Position numbers and translations under genes: made by a program. Below, piece by piece: positions 11,701 to 20,922 of a stretch of DNA of 64,000 bases. The notes below the pieces were generated by a model. The model was given only the letters and a program-made list of their open reading frames with translations. It was not told where the DNA came from and ran no database searches. The first letter of the stretch is position 1. The number at the start of each line of letters is the position of its first letter. This DNA is from an uncultured Chitinophaga sp. (GTDB taxonomy: Bacteria > Bacteroidota > Bacteroidia > Chitinophagales > Chitinophagaceae): contig CAYTGN010000015.1 in assembly GCA_964437415.1 (NCBI GenBank), forward strand, positions 1,890 to 65,889, written 5' to 3'.

Positions 11701-13831
11701 GGGTGCTGGCAATGGTAGCGATACTGCCCCGGTTGGGACTTAATACAAAGTTTTCAGAGATAGTTTCTTTTGCCTGCAGCCTGAGTTGGTTAAAGTTGTA
11801 AAAATTTCCTGCATTACAACCCAGCAGGATAAAAAGCGGATACTTCCCCTGATTATCATAATTCTGAGGATTATCGAGATTGAACTGCAATGTAGTGGCT
11901 GAAGAGTGTCCAAAATAAGTGACCAGGCCAAGTCCCTCTTCAAACAATTTCTGGATGGCAGTGCTATTAGCCTGCTCCACTTCTTCAGCTGAAGTCTTAT
12001 TAAACTTCTTAACATTGCCTCCAAAAAATGTATCCTTAATAATATTGGTGAACCTGTCCATGCTGATGTTGAGGGCAAGATCAAGTCCATCATCACTGGC
12101 TCCCACCACATGGGCAACATTCTTCATCCAGGCTTTATCCTGTATCAAAGGCGACTGGAATGCCTGTGCCTGCTCATATTCGATCACCTTATTAAGATAA
12201 GCTGTTACTTCATCACCGTTTATGGTCGCAATGCGGCCAATAGGAACTTTAGGTATCTGGTCAAGACCGGGTTCGGCAGCCAATAAAATGTCAGATGCCG
12301 GCTGCCCAAAAGTGGGGACAAAAGCAAGGTTATTGATATTTGCATTAGCCTCATTATTTCGAAACTGTGCATAGTGAACCCCCTTCCCAATCAAAAAAAC
12401 ATTTTTTAAAGGACTACTGAAATTAGCCCTTGCCCACCGGATGAAGTTGCGGACTGACAATGGATGGAATTTAATGCCCAGGCCAAACTGATCTACCAGT
12501 TCATCTATCATATAAGCTTTGGCATTAAAACCGCCGCCAGCTGCCGAACTCCTGTATGCAATATAATTGGCCACCGGGTTTGCGCCGCCAGAGCCAATAT
12601 CCATTTTAGGATGGGTTATGATCAGGTAGTCGCCCTGCATGGGGGCTGATCCATAATTGATGAAATTCCGCTGCTGAAAATTTGTTATGTTGGTAATATT
12701 CGAAGCGTATTGCGCAACCAGCACCAGTTTTTGCTCCTGTACTGTCGGTAATAATGCAAACTTGACGATTGCCGGCGTACTAATATCTCCGACATATCGC
12801 CTTCCATTATTTAGATCATACAATACCGGGGGTATTCCGCTATGGTTTACATTGGATATCTCCAAATAGTTTCCGGAGACGCTGGCGGGAAGCTCGAAAT
12901 GAAAATTAGCGCTGTTTCCGAAATTAAATTGTCTCGGATAATTGATTTCAATTTGTGCCACCACCATCCTGTCTGAGCCCGGCACGGGGCTTTGGTTGGT
13001 GATTTCAATAGTGGCGTTCCCTGAACTGATCAAAGAAACCGGAAAAGGTTTGTTCACTTTCACATAATCAAAAAAGTTCAGGTCCTGCCCCAGTATAGAG
13101 TCACCATTTATACGAACCCTGAATTTCCGGGGGTTCAACCCATTATAACCGCTGGCATGAATTTTAAAGTTTGCATCTGCCGGTGCCCCAGGGCCGGTGT
13201 ATACAAACAAATTGGTCCATGAAGTGGTGTTGGTAACATTTTTTCCGATATCTGCAGATGTCCATCCTTCACCTGCATCATAAGCTGATGAATAAACATT
13301 ATCACCAACTACCTGAGCATAACCTACACCAATTCTGTCTCTCCAATAGCGGCCCTGCGTATACATAAAAAATGGCTCTGCAGGTAAAATATTGGAAGCA
13401 ACATCATTATTCTGCGTTACCAACCGAAGGTTTGGCTGGCCGGGGTTCAGCGTTAAAAAAAAGGCTGCAGTATCTGTTTGCAAACTCCATTTATCATTAA
13501 GCTGGTAATCAGGATAGCGATACATGACATTATCCGGTTTACCATCATTCATTTCACCCCAAAACTCAATGAAATCACCGGGCAGGAAAGCTCCCGTTTC
13601 CCTTGAAGTGTAAACAGGCACTTGTTGCCCATTTCTCCATAGCTGAAAATCTTCGGCATTGGCAGAAGCTATGGCAGCTGGCAATTCAGCCTGGTTGATT
13701 CGGCAGAGACCATTAGCCCCTACTTTGAATTTATAGTAGGTTTTGTTGTAGTCGATCCATTCATTATTGAACGGCTGTGAACTGGCCGCCAGGGAAACCA
13801 TCAACAACGCAAAAAGTAAAACTCGTTTCAT
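8702..13831 (-). CDS. porU: type IX secretion system sortase PorU (C25-like cysteine peptidase) with C-terminal T9SS sorting domain
   Basis: 1709 aa with a signal peptide. The N-terminus (NNEWIDYNKTYYKFKV) is PorU-like. The C25 catalytic dyad context is present (TYFGHSS ... LFILLGCNAGNF). The C-terminus has a CTD-like beta-sandwich (NYPNPFTTSTAFVFTITG...GIYLYRV). It is adjacent to porV. Confidence 0.8.
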   Translation of the reverse strand: MKRVLLFALLMVSLAASSQPFNNEWIDYNKTYYKFKVGANGLCRINQAELPAAIASANAEDFQLWRNGQQVPVYTSRETGAFLPGDFIEFWGEMNDGKPDNVMYRYPDYQLNDKWSLQTDTAAFFLTLNPGQPNLRLVTQNNDVASNILPAEPFFMYTQGRYWRDRIGVGYAQVVGDNVYSSAYDAGEGWTSADIGKNVTNTTSWTNLFVYTGPGAPADANFKIHASGYNGLNPRKFRVRINGDSILGQDLNFFDYVKVNKPFPVSLISSGNATIEITNQSPVPGSDRMVVAQIEINYPRQFNFGNSANFHFELPASVSGNYLEISNVNHSGIPPVLYDLNNGRRYVGDISTPAIVKFALLPTVQEQKLVLVAQYASNITNITNFQQRNFINYGSAPMQGDYLIITHPKMDIGSGGANPVANYIAYRSSAAGGGFNAKAYMIDELVDQFGLGIKFHPLSVRNFIRWARANFSSPLKNVFLIGKGVHYAQFRNNEANANINNLAFVPTFGQPASDILLAAEPGLDQIPKVPIGRIATINGDEVTAYLNKVIEYEQAQAFQSPLIQDKAWMKNVAHVVGASDDGLDLALNISMDRFTNIIKDTFFGGNVKKFNKTSAEEVEQANSTAIQKLFEEGLGLVTYFGHSSATTLQFNLDNPQNYDNQGKYPLFILLGCNAGNFYNFNQLRLQAKETISENFVLSPNRGSIATIASTHLGIVHYLDIYNTRNYSSMGVLKYGESLGEAMIEAIRQVFNLTTQNDYYARFHCEQSTLHGDPAVKINSTQKPDYAIEEQLVKVNPSFISIAETSFNVSAKFMNLGKAVSDSIVVEVKRKYPDNSVQIFRRDTIRGIRYIDSLNYIIPIVGPAEKGLNSIIITVDADNAVDELYETNNSITKEFFIFEDEARPVYPYNYAIVNKQGIKFHATTADPFSTMKQYTMEIDTSIFFNSPSKVTRNGQFPGGVLTFDPGLTFTDNTVYYWRVGHVPVSGPIVWNTASFVYLANSEAGFSQSHFYQHTNSELTRMRLDTASRSWKYKEVMNNLFLRMGTYNTSGSTQESAFSVAVNEDPYIQLTNYFSSLVFNVFHPVTFAPWQNQVVVPHSYAGEPANPNSLGQGLHGSTSPQYIRFRPYSFEFRYTDTASRRKIMDFMRDIVPDGYYVAVRNFTLNPAQYPAFPVAYATDWAADESIHGAGQSLYHYLKDAGFAGVDSFYRTRPFGLVYKKNDPSFIPKWVVGDGMYDNPTLSADCPSPDTLGFVRSPLFGPAKAWKELKWNGSIIPDATPGDEATVDIIGVGTGGAETTLFSAIPMNQANTDISSIDAEIFPYVRLRMMNMDTVHYTPYQLNYWRLTYDPVPEGALAPARHLTVKDTVDIGEPYDFRVAFQNISDANFDSLLLKVVVTGRDNVPTIIPQPRTRELTLTPDTVIVRANIPTENLPGQNTMYIEVNPDNDQPEQFHFNNFAYRNFYVKPDSLNPLLDVTFDGVHILNRDIVSARPDIIIKLKDESKWMILDDNSLVNLSVRYPDGSIRQFTFTSDTLQFIPAGQAPNTDNTATANFRPYFTEDGEYELIVTGRDRSSNSAGNIEYRVAFQVINKPMISNMLNYPNPFTTSTAFVFTITGSEVPQNLRIQILTITGKVVREITKDELGPLRIGRNITDFKWDGTDQYGQKLANGIYLYRVITNLNGKSLDKYRAEGDNTDKYFNKGYGKMYLMR

Positions 13832-13856
13832 TCAGAATAAAGTTTATGGGGTCAGA

Positions 13857-14969
13857 TTATTTTTGTTTTTTCTTTTCGTTCACCATGTCAAGTCTTAGTG
13901 AAAACACATGGGTGAATAAAGGGTTCGATTGATTAGCGAGATTACTAAAGGCATAGTCTATCGTAACATTCTGTATCCTGAATCCGGCACCTGCACTGGG
14001 CTGATAGATCCATACTTTCTTTTGATTCAGCGTATCACCATCGGCCAATGCCTTTTGAAAATTGTTTATCCCTGCCCGCAGGTAAAAAACCTGGTTAACA
14101 TCCAGTTCCAATCCCAATTTGGGATCGGCGCTCATGGCCTGTGAACTCAAAACAGTATTGCGTTGTCCATCGAAAGTCAAATCAATATTCGATTCTGCAA
14201 GCAAACTGGATTTTTTGCCGAGGTTAAACTTATAACCAATGCCCAGCACTAATCTTGGCGCTGTCATTTCGGTTGATTTCACAGGGATTTCATTGTTGGT
14301 CAGGTAAAGCACTTCCTTTTCCCTTTCTGTGAAGTTGAATGACCATGCATTAAAAGTGGTGCTGATGTCTCGGCCCACAATGCCGAACCGCCAGTTCTTG
14401 CTATGTATTTGCAAACCTGCATCGAGACCGAAGCCCCAGGCTTTGGCAAATTTGCCCACATTGCGGTGGATCACTTTTGCATTCAAGCCAAACTGTACAC
14501 TTTTTGTATCTGTTTCCTTTAGCTTTTGTGCATAGGAAAGCAAAAAAGCATAATCAGCCGAAGAAAACGCCTGTATGTTGTTGTAGTTGATGGAACCATC
14601 CGGTTCCACCAGGAACAAAGTGTTCATGATATCATCCACAGCGAAACGCAGACCGGTAACAGCAAATGTTCTTTTGTTGTTGGACGAAGGAAAAGCAATG
14701 CTGGCAAAATCATATTTACCAATGCCTGCAAAGTATTCCGCATGCATCAGGTTCAGTTGCGGGTTGTCTTTAATACCCACCAGCCCGGCAGGGTTCCAAT
14801 AGCCGGCTGTGCCATCATTCACCGATGCTACCTGGGCGCTGCCCATAGCAAGACCTCTTGCACCGGCGCCGATATTCAAAAACTCGTTGGAATATTTTCT
14901 AAACTGTGCTGAAGAAGACAGGAAAAAAATAGTAGCTAATAGGGTCAGGTATAAGCGGTTCGTTTTCAT
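13857..14969 (-). CDS. porV: T9SS outer-membrane shuttle/channel protein PorV (LptO) family
   Basis: 370 aa with a signal peptide. It has the motif GAGARGLAMGSAQVASVNDGTAGYWNPAGL and beta-barrel-like alternating sequence ending in an aromatic-rich strand. It sits immediately upstream of porU. Confidence 0.75.
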   Translation of the reverse strand: MKTNRLYLTLLATIFFLSSSAQFRKYSNEFLNIGAGARGLAMGSAQVASVNDGTAGYWNPAGLVGIKDNPQLNLMHAEYFAGIGKYDFASIAFPSSNNKRTFAVTGLRFAVDDIMNTLFLVEPDGSINYNNIQAFSSADYAFLLSYAQKLKETDTKSVQFGLNAKVIHRNVGKFAKAWGFGLDAGLQIHSKNWRFGIVGRDISTTFNAWSFNFTEREKEVLYLTNNEIPVKSTEMTAPRLVLGIGYKFNLGKKSSLLAESNIDLTFDGQRNTVLSSQAMSADPKLGLELDVNQVFYLRAGINNFQKALADGDTLNQKKVWIYQPSAGAGFRIQNVTIDYAFSNLANQSNPLFTHVFSLRLDMVNEKKKQK

Positions 14970-15175
14970 TCGATGAATTTTCTAATAAGCATTGGAATTA
15001 GACATGCTTTCATGGGGTCGGGCTGCTTGTAAAATTAGTCTTTAAGCCCGGAAATACACAGTGGTGGCGGGCAAAAAGGCTAACAACTGAAAACGAAACC
15101 TTTAGAAAAATATTGCCCCTCACCCTCTTCAAAGTCTTTCTGGCTTACTTTTGCCGCAAATCATTGATTTTTATC

Positions 15176-16453
15176 ATGGACCTAATAGGAGAATTACGAT
15201 GGAGAGGGATGATCCAGGATATCATGCCCGGAACGGAAGATCAACTGAAAAAGGAGATAACCACCGGTTATGTAGGCTTTGACCCGACGGCCGATAGCCT
15301 CCATATCGGCAGCCTCGTGCCCATTTTATTGCTGGTGCATTTGCAAAAAGCCGGGCACAAACCCATTGCGCTGGTAGGCGGAGCCACCGGCATGATCGGC
15401 GACCCCAGCGGCAAAAGCCAGGAAAGAAACCTGCTGGACGAAGAAACATTGGAAAAGAACGTTGCCGGCATAAAAGCTCAATTGGAAAAATTCCTTGACT
15501 TCAATAAGAGTCTTCCCAATGCAGCCGAAATGGCCAACAACTACGACTGGTTCAAGCCAATCTCATTTATTGAATTTCTTCGTGACACCGGAAAGCATAT
15601 CAGCATCAATTACATGATGGCAAAGGACAGTGTAAAGAACAGAATTGAAAGTGAAGTGGGATTGAGCTATACTGAATTTGCGTATCAACTGATGCAAGGG
15701 TATGATTTCTACTGGTTATACGAAAACAAAAACTGTAAACTCCAGATGGGTGGCAGCGACCAGTGGGGCAATATCACCACCGGCACCGAACTCATCCGCC
15801 GCAAAGCGAATGGCGAAGCCTATGCCTTCACCTGCCCGCTGATAAAAAAAACCGATGGCACCAAGTTTGGAAAAACAGAGCATGGGAATGTATGGTTAGA
15901 CCCCGCCAAGACCAGCCCCTACCAGTTTTACCAGTTCTGGCTCAATGCCAGCGATGAAGATTCAGCTGTATGGATAAAAATTTTCACCTTTCTCACAAAA
16001 GATGCTATTGACATTCTGATCCATGAACATAAAATGGATCCTTCGGCAAGAGTGCTGCAAAAAACATTGGCACAGGAAGTGACTTGTTTTGTTCATGGCA
16101 GGGAAGAATATGAAAAAGCTATTGAAACAACACAAAAATTATTTGCCAACCAGCATGTGCCTGCAGAAAGCCTGAGTGTGGAAGACCTTGAAGGCATGGA
16201 AGGTGTGGTGAAATCAGGTCTTGAAAAGGAAAAGATCGGATCAGGTATTGATGTAATCTCCTTCCTTGCAGAAACAAAGATATTCCCCAGCAAAGGGGAG
16301 GCAAGAAAATTAGTGCAGGGTGGCGGCGTTAGCATCAATAGAAAAAAAATTGAAACTGTGCAGTTGACAATTGACAATTCATTCCTGTTGCACAATAAAT
16401 ATATCCTGGTGCAAAAAGGAAAGAAGAATTATTTCCTTGTAGAAGTGCAATAA
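15176..16453 (+). CDS. tyrS: tyrosine--tRNA ligase
   Basis: HIGH-type motif (SLHIGSL), KMSKS-type motif (KFGKT) and a C-terminal S4 domain are present. I chose the MDLIGELRWRG start at 15176 rather than the upstream in-frame extension at 15113. Confidence 0.9.
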   Translation: MDLIGELRWRGMIQDIMPGTEDQLKKEITTGYVGFDPTADSLHIGSLVPILLLVHLQKAGHKPIALVGGATGMIGDPSGKSQERNLLDEETLEKNVAGIKAQLEKFLDFNKSLPNAAEMANNYDWFKPISFIEFLRDTGKHISINYMMAKDSVKNRIESEVGLSYTEFAYQLMQGYDFYWLYENKNCKLQMGGSDQWGNITTGTELIRRKANGEAYAFTCPLIKKTDGTKFGKTEHGNVWLDPAKTSPYQFYQFWLNASDEDSAVWIKIFTFLTKDAIDILIHEHKMDPSARVLQKTLAQEVTCFVHGREEYEKAIETTQKLFANQHVPAESLSVEDLEGMEGVVKSGLEKEKIGSGIDVISFLAETKIFPSKGEARKLVQGGGVSINRKKIETVQLTIDNSFLLHNKYILVQKGKKNYFLVEVQ

Positions 16454-16458
16454 CATTT

Positions 16459-17130
16459 TTGAAAAAAGTCTATTTCATCAGCGGTCTTGGTGCAGACAGA
16501 AGAGTGTTTACTCTCCTTGATCTCTCCTTTTGTGAGCCTGTTTTTATTGATTGGATCAAGCCGGAGGTAAATGAATCACTTGAGCACTATGCATTGCGGC
16601 TCAAAGCATACATCACTGAACCATCACCGGTTATAGTTGGCATTTCGTTTGGCGGAATGCTGGCTACGGAAATTGCCAAAGCTGACAACAATAGCAAAGT
16701 CATCATCATTTCAAGCAACAAAACTGCAAAAGAGTTTCCTCCATACTTAAAAACAGGCAACTATTTTCCTGTTTACAAATGGACATCCGCTTCAATGGCC
16801 AAAAGTTTTATGCTGCGTTCAAGCTGGATACTGGGAGGAAAAAACAAAGAGTCAAAAAAGATGTTGCGGCAGATCATACTTGATTCCGACACAGGATTTG
16901 TAAAATGGGCCATCAGTGCTATTCTCAAATGGAAAAACAGGGAAATACCCCTGAACCTTACCCACATTCATGGAACAGCCGACAGACTATTGCCCTATCG
17001 CTATGTGAAGCCTGATTACACTGTAAACGGAGGCACTCATGTAATGACACTTGACAACCATGAAACATTGTCTGCATTGCTTCGCCAGATACTATCCGAC
17101 AGTTCGGATTTATCCACAGGTTCCGGCTGA
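16459..17130 (+). CDS. alpha/beta hydrolase
   Basis: 223 aa with a TTG start. It has a nucleophile elbow (GISFGGMLA) and a late HG..D and H pattern. Confidence 0.7.
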   Translation: MKKVYFISGLGADRRVFTLLDLSFCEPVFIDWIKPEVNESLEHYALRLKAYITEPSPVIVGISFGGMLATEIAKADNNSKVIIISSNKTAKEFPPYLKTGNYFPVYKWTSASMAKSFMLRSSWILGGKNKESKKMLRQIILDSDTGFVKWAISAILKWKNREIPLNLTHIHGTADRLLPYRYVKPDYTVNGGTHVMTLDNHETLSALLRQILSDSSDLSTGSG

Positions 17131-17248
17131 ACCCAAATTTTATTCTATCTTAACCGTAGTTTTTGTGAAGTTCATTGCCAGCGGTCTGCCTGCGTATCAT
17201 CCCTGCCCTTTGTTTGATGATTCATTTGCTCATTCTAAAAAAGGTCAT

Positions 17249-19126
17249 ATGAAAAATTCAACTACCCCGGTTTTTCTTCGTCCGTTCTTTATTTCAGCTA
17301 TTGCAGTGATCGTTTCTGTTATTTTCATTTCTTCCGGCACTAAAAATGGCAATAACAACACACTCCCATTCTTGCCAAACATTGACCAGGTTGTTGAAGA
17401 CCAGATGACCAAGCAGGAAATTTATGGCTGTGCGGTTGCCGTCGTGGAAAACGGTAAAATTGTTCATGTAAAAGCATACGGGCATCATGACCGTCTGCGA
17501 AAAAAACCTATCAGCACCAGCACCGTTTTCCGCTGGGCTTCTATTTCCAAACCATTGACAGCAGTGGCTGCATTCAAAGCAATCGAAGCCAACAAACTCT
17601 CACTTACGGACAAAGTAAGTAAGCATGTCAGTTATTGGCCCAAAACAGGCAACAAAGACAGCCTGCGGGTTTCGCACCTGCTGAACAACCGGGGAGGTGT
17701 GAATCAATATACCAACATTCAAAAAAGTAAATACAAATCCAAGAACAACTTTAACGCTAAAGAATGTGTGGCCGTTTTTTCTGATGCCGCACTTGATTTT
17801 AACCCGGGCAACCAATATAACTACACCACATTTGGCTTTAACCTGCTCGGGGCTGTTGTTGAAGAAGCTACCAACACAGCCTATGAAAAATATGTGCTGG
17901 ATAATATTGGTAAAAAAGCCGGGATGACCAGTCTTACTCCTTACCCTGCTGATCCAGGTGGTTATAATAAGAATTGCAATGCTGCCACAATAAGCACTAC
18001 CGAAGGTGACGTAGAATGGAAATTGCCGGGCGGTGGCTGGGGTTCAAATATCAACGACCTGGCCAAATTCATGCAAGGACTGATAAACGGAACTTTTTTG
18101 TCCAACACCGCAGCGCTTTGGCAATCTGTGCCCAACAACAACAACTATTGTTTTGGTGTGTGGAGAGAATCTCTCAAAGGCGAAGCTTATGTTTATCATA
18201 ACGGCATTCACAAAGATGTGAGAACTTATATGGGATTCTATCCATCATCAAAATTCGGAGTGGTGGTAATGATCAATGCTGATGATAATGTTAGTGAAGG
18301 AAGACTCGCCAAAAAAGTGCAGGCCCTTTTTGGAAAAGACTGGGGTCTTGATGATTTCCCTGTAAACTATTGCGGACAGAATCTGAAATGCGGCGATAAT
18401 ACAACCGGAGTATGGCGAAAGACAGACAAAGGAGATGAAACAATCATCCGCAGGGGCTATTCCAAAGATGAATTTAATGCAGAATGGAACTGGCTGCTTG
18501 ATAAGGGATATTATTGCGCCGATGTGGAAACTTATGAACAGGGCGGCTCACGAAAATGGGATGGCATTTTCAAAAAAACAAATAAGAAGTCGGGTATGAT
18601 CAGGGATTATACCCATGCTGATTTCAATACAAAATGGAAAGAATTGAGTAATGCCGGGTACCGGCTCATTGATATTGAAACTTATGTGGACGGAAAAACA
18701 AGAAAATGGGCAGGATTATTTCTTCAAATGGGCGGCGGATATGTGCTGCAGCGAAACATGAGCCAGCAGGAGTTGCATGACAAGTGGGTGGAAAACGGGA
18801 AAAAGGGCCTGAAGCTGATAGACATTGAGCGATATGGCGACCAATGGGCTGCTGTATGGATAGCCGGGGAAGATGTGGCTATGGTGAGAAATTATGAAAC
18901 AAATGATTTCAGGGACAAGAGAAGAGAACTGAACGATAGAGGATGGAGGCTGATAGATGTTGACACTTATATGGACGGGAAAACAAGAAAATGGTCCGGG
19001 TTGTGGGAAAAATCTTCGGTTGCCGAACGCTACTTATATGGTTACGATTTTTGTGACTGGCTTACAACTTATCACAATGTTTACGACAATGAAGGTTATG
19101 AGCTGATTGACCTGGAAACCTACTGA
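17249..19126 (+). CDS. beta-lactamase-fold serine hydrolase fused to five C-terminal tandem repeats
   Basis: I chose the MKNSTTPVF start, which is followed by a TM/signal segment. The SxxK motif is RWASISKPLT. The C-terminal ~240 aa consist of ~45-55-aa repeats ending in (L/C)(I/A)D(I/V/L)(E/D)TY..G(K/G)(T/S)RKW(A/S/D)G(L/I)(F/W). Confidence 0.8.
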   Translation: MKNSTTPVFLRPFFISAIAVIVSVIFISSGTKNGNNNTLPFLPNIDQVVEDQMTKQEIYGCAVAVVENGKIVHVKAYGHHDRLRKKPISTSTVFRWASISKPLTAVAAFKAIEANKLSLTDKVSKHVSYWPKTGNKDSLRVSHLLNNRGGVNQYTNIQKSKYKSKNNFNAKECVAVFSDAALDFNPGNQYNYTTFGFNLLGAVVEEATNTAYEKYVLDNIGKKAGMTSLTPYPADPGGYNKNCNAATISTTEGDVEWKLPGGGWGSNINDLAKFMQGLINGTFLSNTAALWQSVPNNNNYCFGVWRESLKGEAYVYHNGIHKDVRTYMGFYPSSKFGVVVMINADDNVSEGRLAKKVQALFGKDWGLDDFPVNYCGQNLKCGDNTTGVWRKTDKGDETIIRRGYSKDEFNAEWNWLLDKGYYCADVETYEQGGSRKWDGIFKKTNKKSGMIRDYTHADFNTKWKELSNAGYRLIDIETYVDGKTRKWAGLFLQMGGGYVLQRNMSQQELHDKWVENGKKGLKLIDIERYGDQWAAVWIAGEDVAMVRNYETNDFRDKRRELNDRGWRLIDVDTYMDGKTRKWSGLWEKSSVAERYLYGYDFCDWLTTYHNVYDNEGYELIDLETY

Positions 19127-19804
19127 TCAGGGAATTTCTTTAATCACTTTCCACATTTCGGCTGCCACCAGCAGGTTGCCCTTATTGTTCAGATGCACCC
19201 GGTCGTAGGTGAGAATATCTCTTTCCTTGTTTTCCGGGTTATTGGCCTTGTTGTAATCAATAAATTTTTTTCGCAGGTCCACCAAAGGCAATTCATTCTT
19301 TGCAGCAATATCACGGATGATGTTGCTGTAGTGGTTCAGGTCGCCATCAAGGGGATTACTCATATCTGTCTTCTCTCCCACCACAGCCGGTGTGCAAAGA
19401 ATAGCCTTGATATTTCTTTCTTTTAATTTCTTAAGAATAGCCAGGTAAAACTTTTCAAACTTATCGGGATCGGTTCCTGTTCCCCGCAATGTTTTATGCC
19501 ACACATCATTTACACCTACATAGATAACAACCACATCGGGATTTTTCGACAGCACATCTTCATCCAGTCTCAAATAAAGATCGTAAACTTTGTTGCCACT
19601 GATTCCGGAGCCGGCAAGATCATACTGACTTTCCTTTTTCTCAGCTTTCACCAGGCTGTCCATAACGAGGATGTATCCTTTATAGGGTTTTTCTTTTACT
19701 CCCAGTTCCGTAATGGAGTCGCCAAAGAAGATGACCTTTGTTTTCTTTTGCGGCACAAAAGCGAACAGCAAAGCAACGGATAAACCAAAAAGTAAATTTT
19801 TCAT
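19127..19804 (-). CDS. SGNH/GDSL-family hydrolase
   Basis: 225 aa with a signal peptide. Block I is VIFFGDSITE, there is a GVNDV block, and a C-terminal D..H (DRVHLN). Confidence 0.8.
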   Translation of the reverse strand: MKNLLFGLSVALLFAFVPQKKTKVIFFGDSITELGVKEKPYKGYILVMDSLVKAEKKESQYDLAGSGISGNKVYDLYLRLDEDVLSKNPDVVVIYVGVNDVWHKTLRGTGTDPDKFEKFYLAILKKLKERNIKAILCTPAVVGEKTDMSNPLDGDLNHYSNIIRDIAAKNELPLVDLRKKFIDYNKANNPENKERDILTYDRVHLNNKGNLLVAAEMWKVIKEIP

Positions 19805-19939
19805 ATACTGAAATTGAAAAAAGCACCTGTTTACAGATGCTTCACAATATAAAACAGTTGCCCAAATCTTTAAATTATTAAGCCCTTCAACCCTGTCTGC
19901 TCACAGAGTCGGTGACCGACAGGCAGGCTTTCAACTTTT

Positions 19940-20833
19940 TCACTCCACATCCACCTGTTTCTTCACCACCGAGCCTTCAGAGGCTTCCGGGAGAAACTTT
20001 CTTTCCTTTATGAGGTAGCCATTCCCCTTTTCACAAAAATGCACTTTCAGGTTTTCAAGGCTGATGGGGTTGCCATCAGGTATATCAGCAATATTGGAAT
20101 GCAGTATCTCATGCCCGTCAATGATCACCACCAGGCCGCTGCCGAAGGCTTCCAGTTTATTGCCTTCTGTGATCAGCATGGCTGTGTCTTCGCCGAGGCC
20201 AATGCCGATGCAGCCGGGATTGGCCGCTACCGCCTGCGCCAGGCGGCCAAATCTTCCTCTTTTTTCAAAATGCGAATCAATGATAACAGAATTTAAAAAA
20301 CCAAGCCCTGTGGTGATCTTCACTTCACCTTTCAAATGTGCCCTGGTGGCATTACCTTCATAGATCATCGTGTTGCTCATGGCCATGGCGCCTGCCGAAG
20401 TGCCGGCTATGACAAAATTTTCTTCTTTGTACCTTTTTTTCAAAATGGAAAGAAACTCGGTACCTCCGTCTGTTGCACTCAACCGCAACTGGTTCCCTCC
20501 GCTGAACATCACTGCATCGCAGTGACGGATGCGTTCGACATACTCATCGTTCATAGCATCCTGCCGTGTACGAATATGTAAGAGCCCGATGTTGGTGCAG
20601 CCGATCTTACCAAATGCATCAAGATAATTTTCCCCTACTTCGTAAGGGATCATGGAAGCGGTGGTGATGACTTCGATCCTTGCGGATGTGCCGCCGGCTT
20701 CTTCCACTACCCGCCGCAGAATGCCGAGTTCAAAGAAGTTGAGATTATTGCGGTGTATCTCGCCTTTTTCTAGGTCGGTGCCCTTGTCTTCGGCGCCGCC
20801 GATGGCTATCAGTTTTCCCTTAGGATGACTCAT
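19940..20833 (-). CDS. cphB: cyanophycinase (peptidase S51), no signal peptide
   Basis: 297 aa. The N-terminus (KGKLIAIGGAEDKG), VMFSGGNQLRL and GTSAGAMAMS (nucleophile Ser) are characteristic of cyanophycinase. Confidence 0.85.
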   Translation of the reverse strand: MSHPKGKLIAIGGAEDKGTDLEKGEIHRNNLNFFELGILRRVVEEAGGTSARIEVITTASMIPYEVGENYLDAFGKIGCTNIGLLHIRTRQDAMNDEYVERIRHCDAVMFSGGNQLRLSATDGGTEFLSILKKRYKEENFVIAGTSAGAMAMSNTMIYEGNATRAHLKGEVKITTGLGFLNSVIIDSHFEKRGRFGRLAQAVAANPGCIGIGLGEDTAMLITEGNKLEAFGSGLVVIIDGHEILHSNIADIPDGNPISLENLKVHFCEKGNGYLIKERKFLPEASEGSVVKKQVDVE

Positions 20834-20922
20834 TCAAGAGGGTTTGATTAGCGACAAAATAAACGAAAAATAACAGAACGAATATTTTGTCTTTTGAAGT
20901 ATGTGTATATGTGGAAAAGAAA

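Noticed and set aside
15113-15175. N-terminal extensions given by the longest-ORF track for tyrS (15113), the beta-lactamase-fold gene (17051), tdk (39723), queA (50756), mnmA (62043), the Ldh_2 gene (58086) and the membrane protein at 5033.
   Set aside because: The extensions overlap upstream genes, terminators or promoters. They lack similarity to the N-termini expected for these families. Internal ATGs give canonical N-termini.
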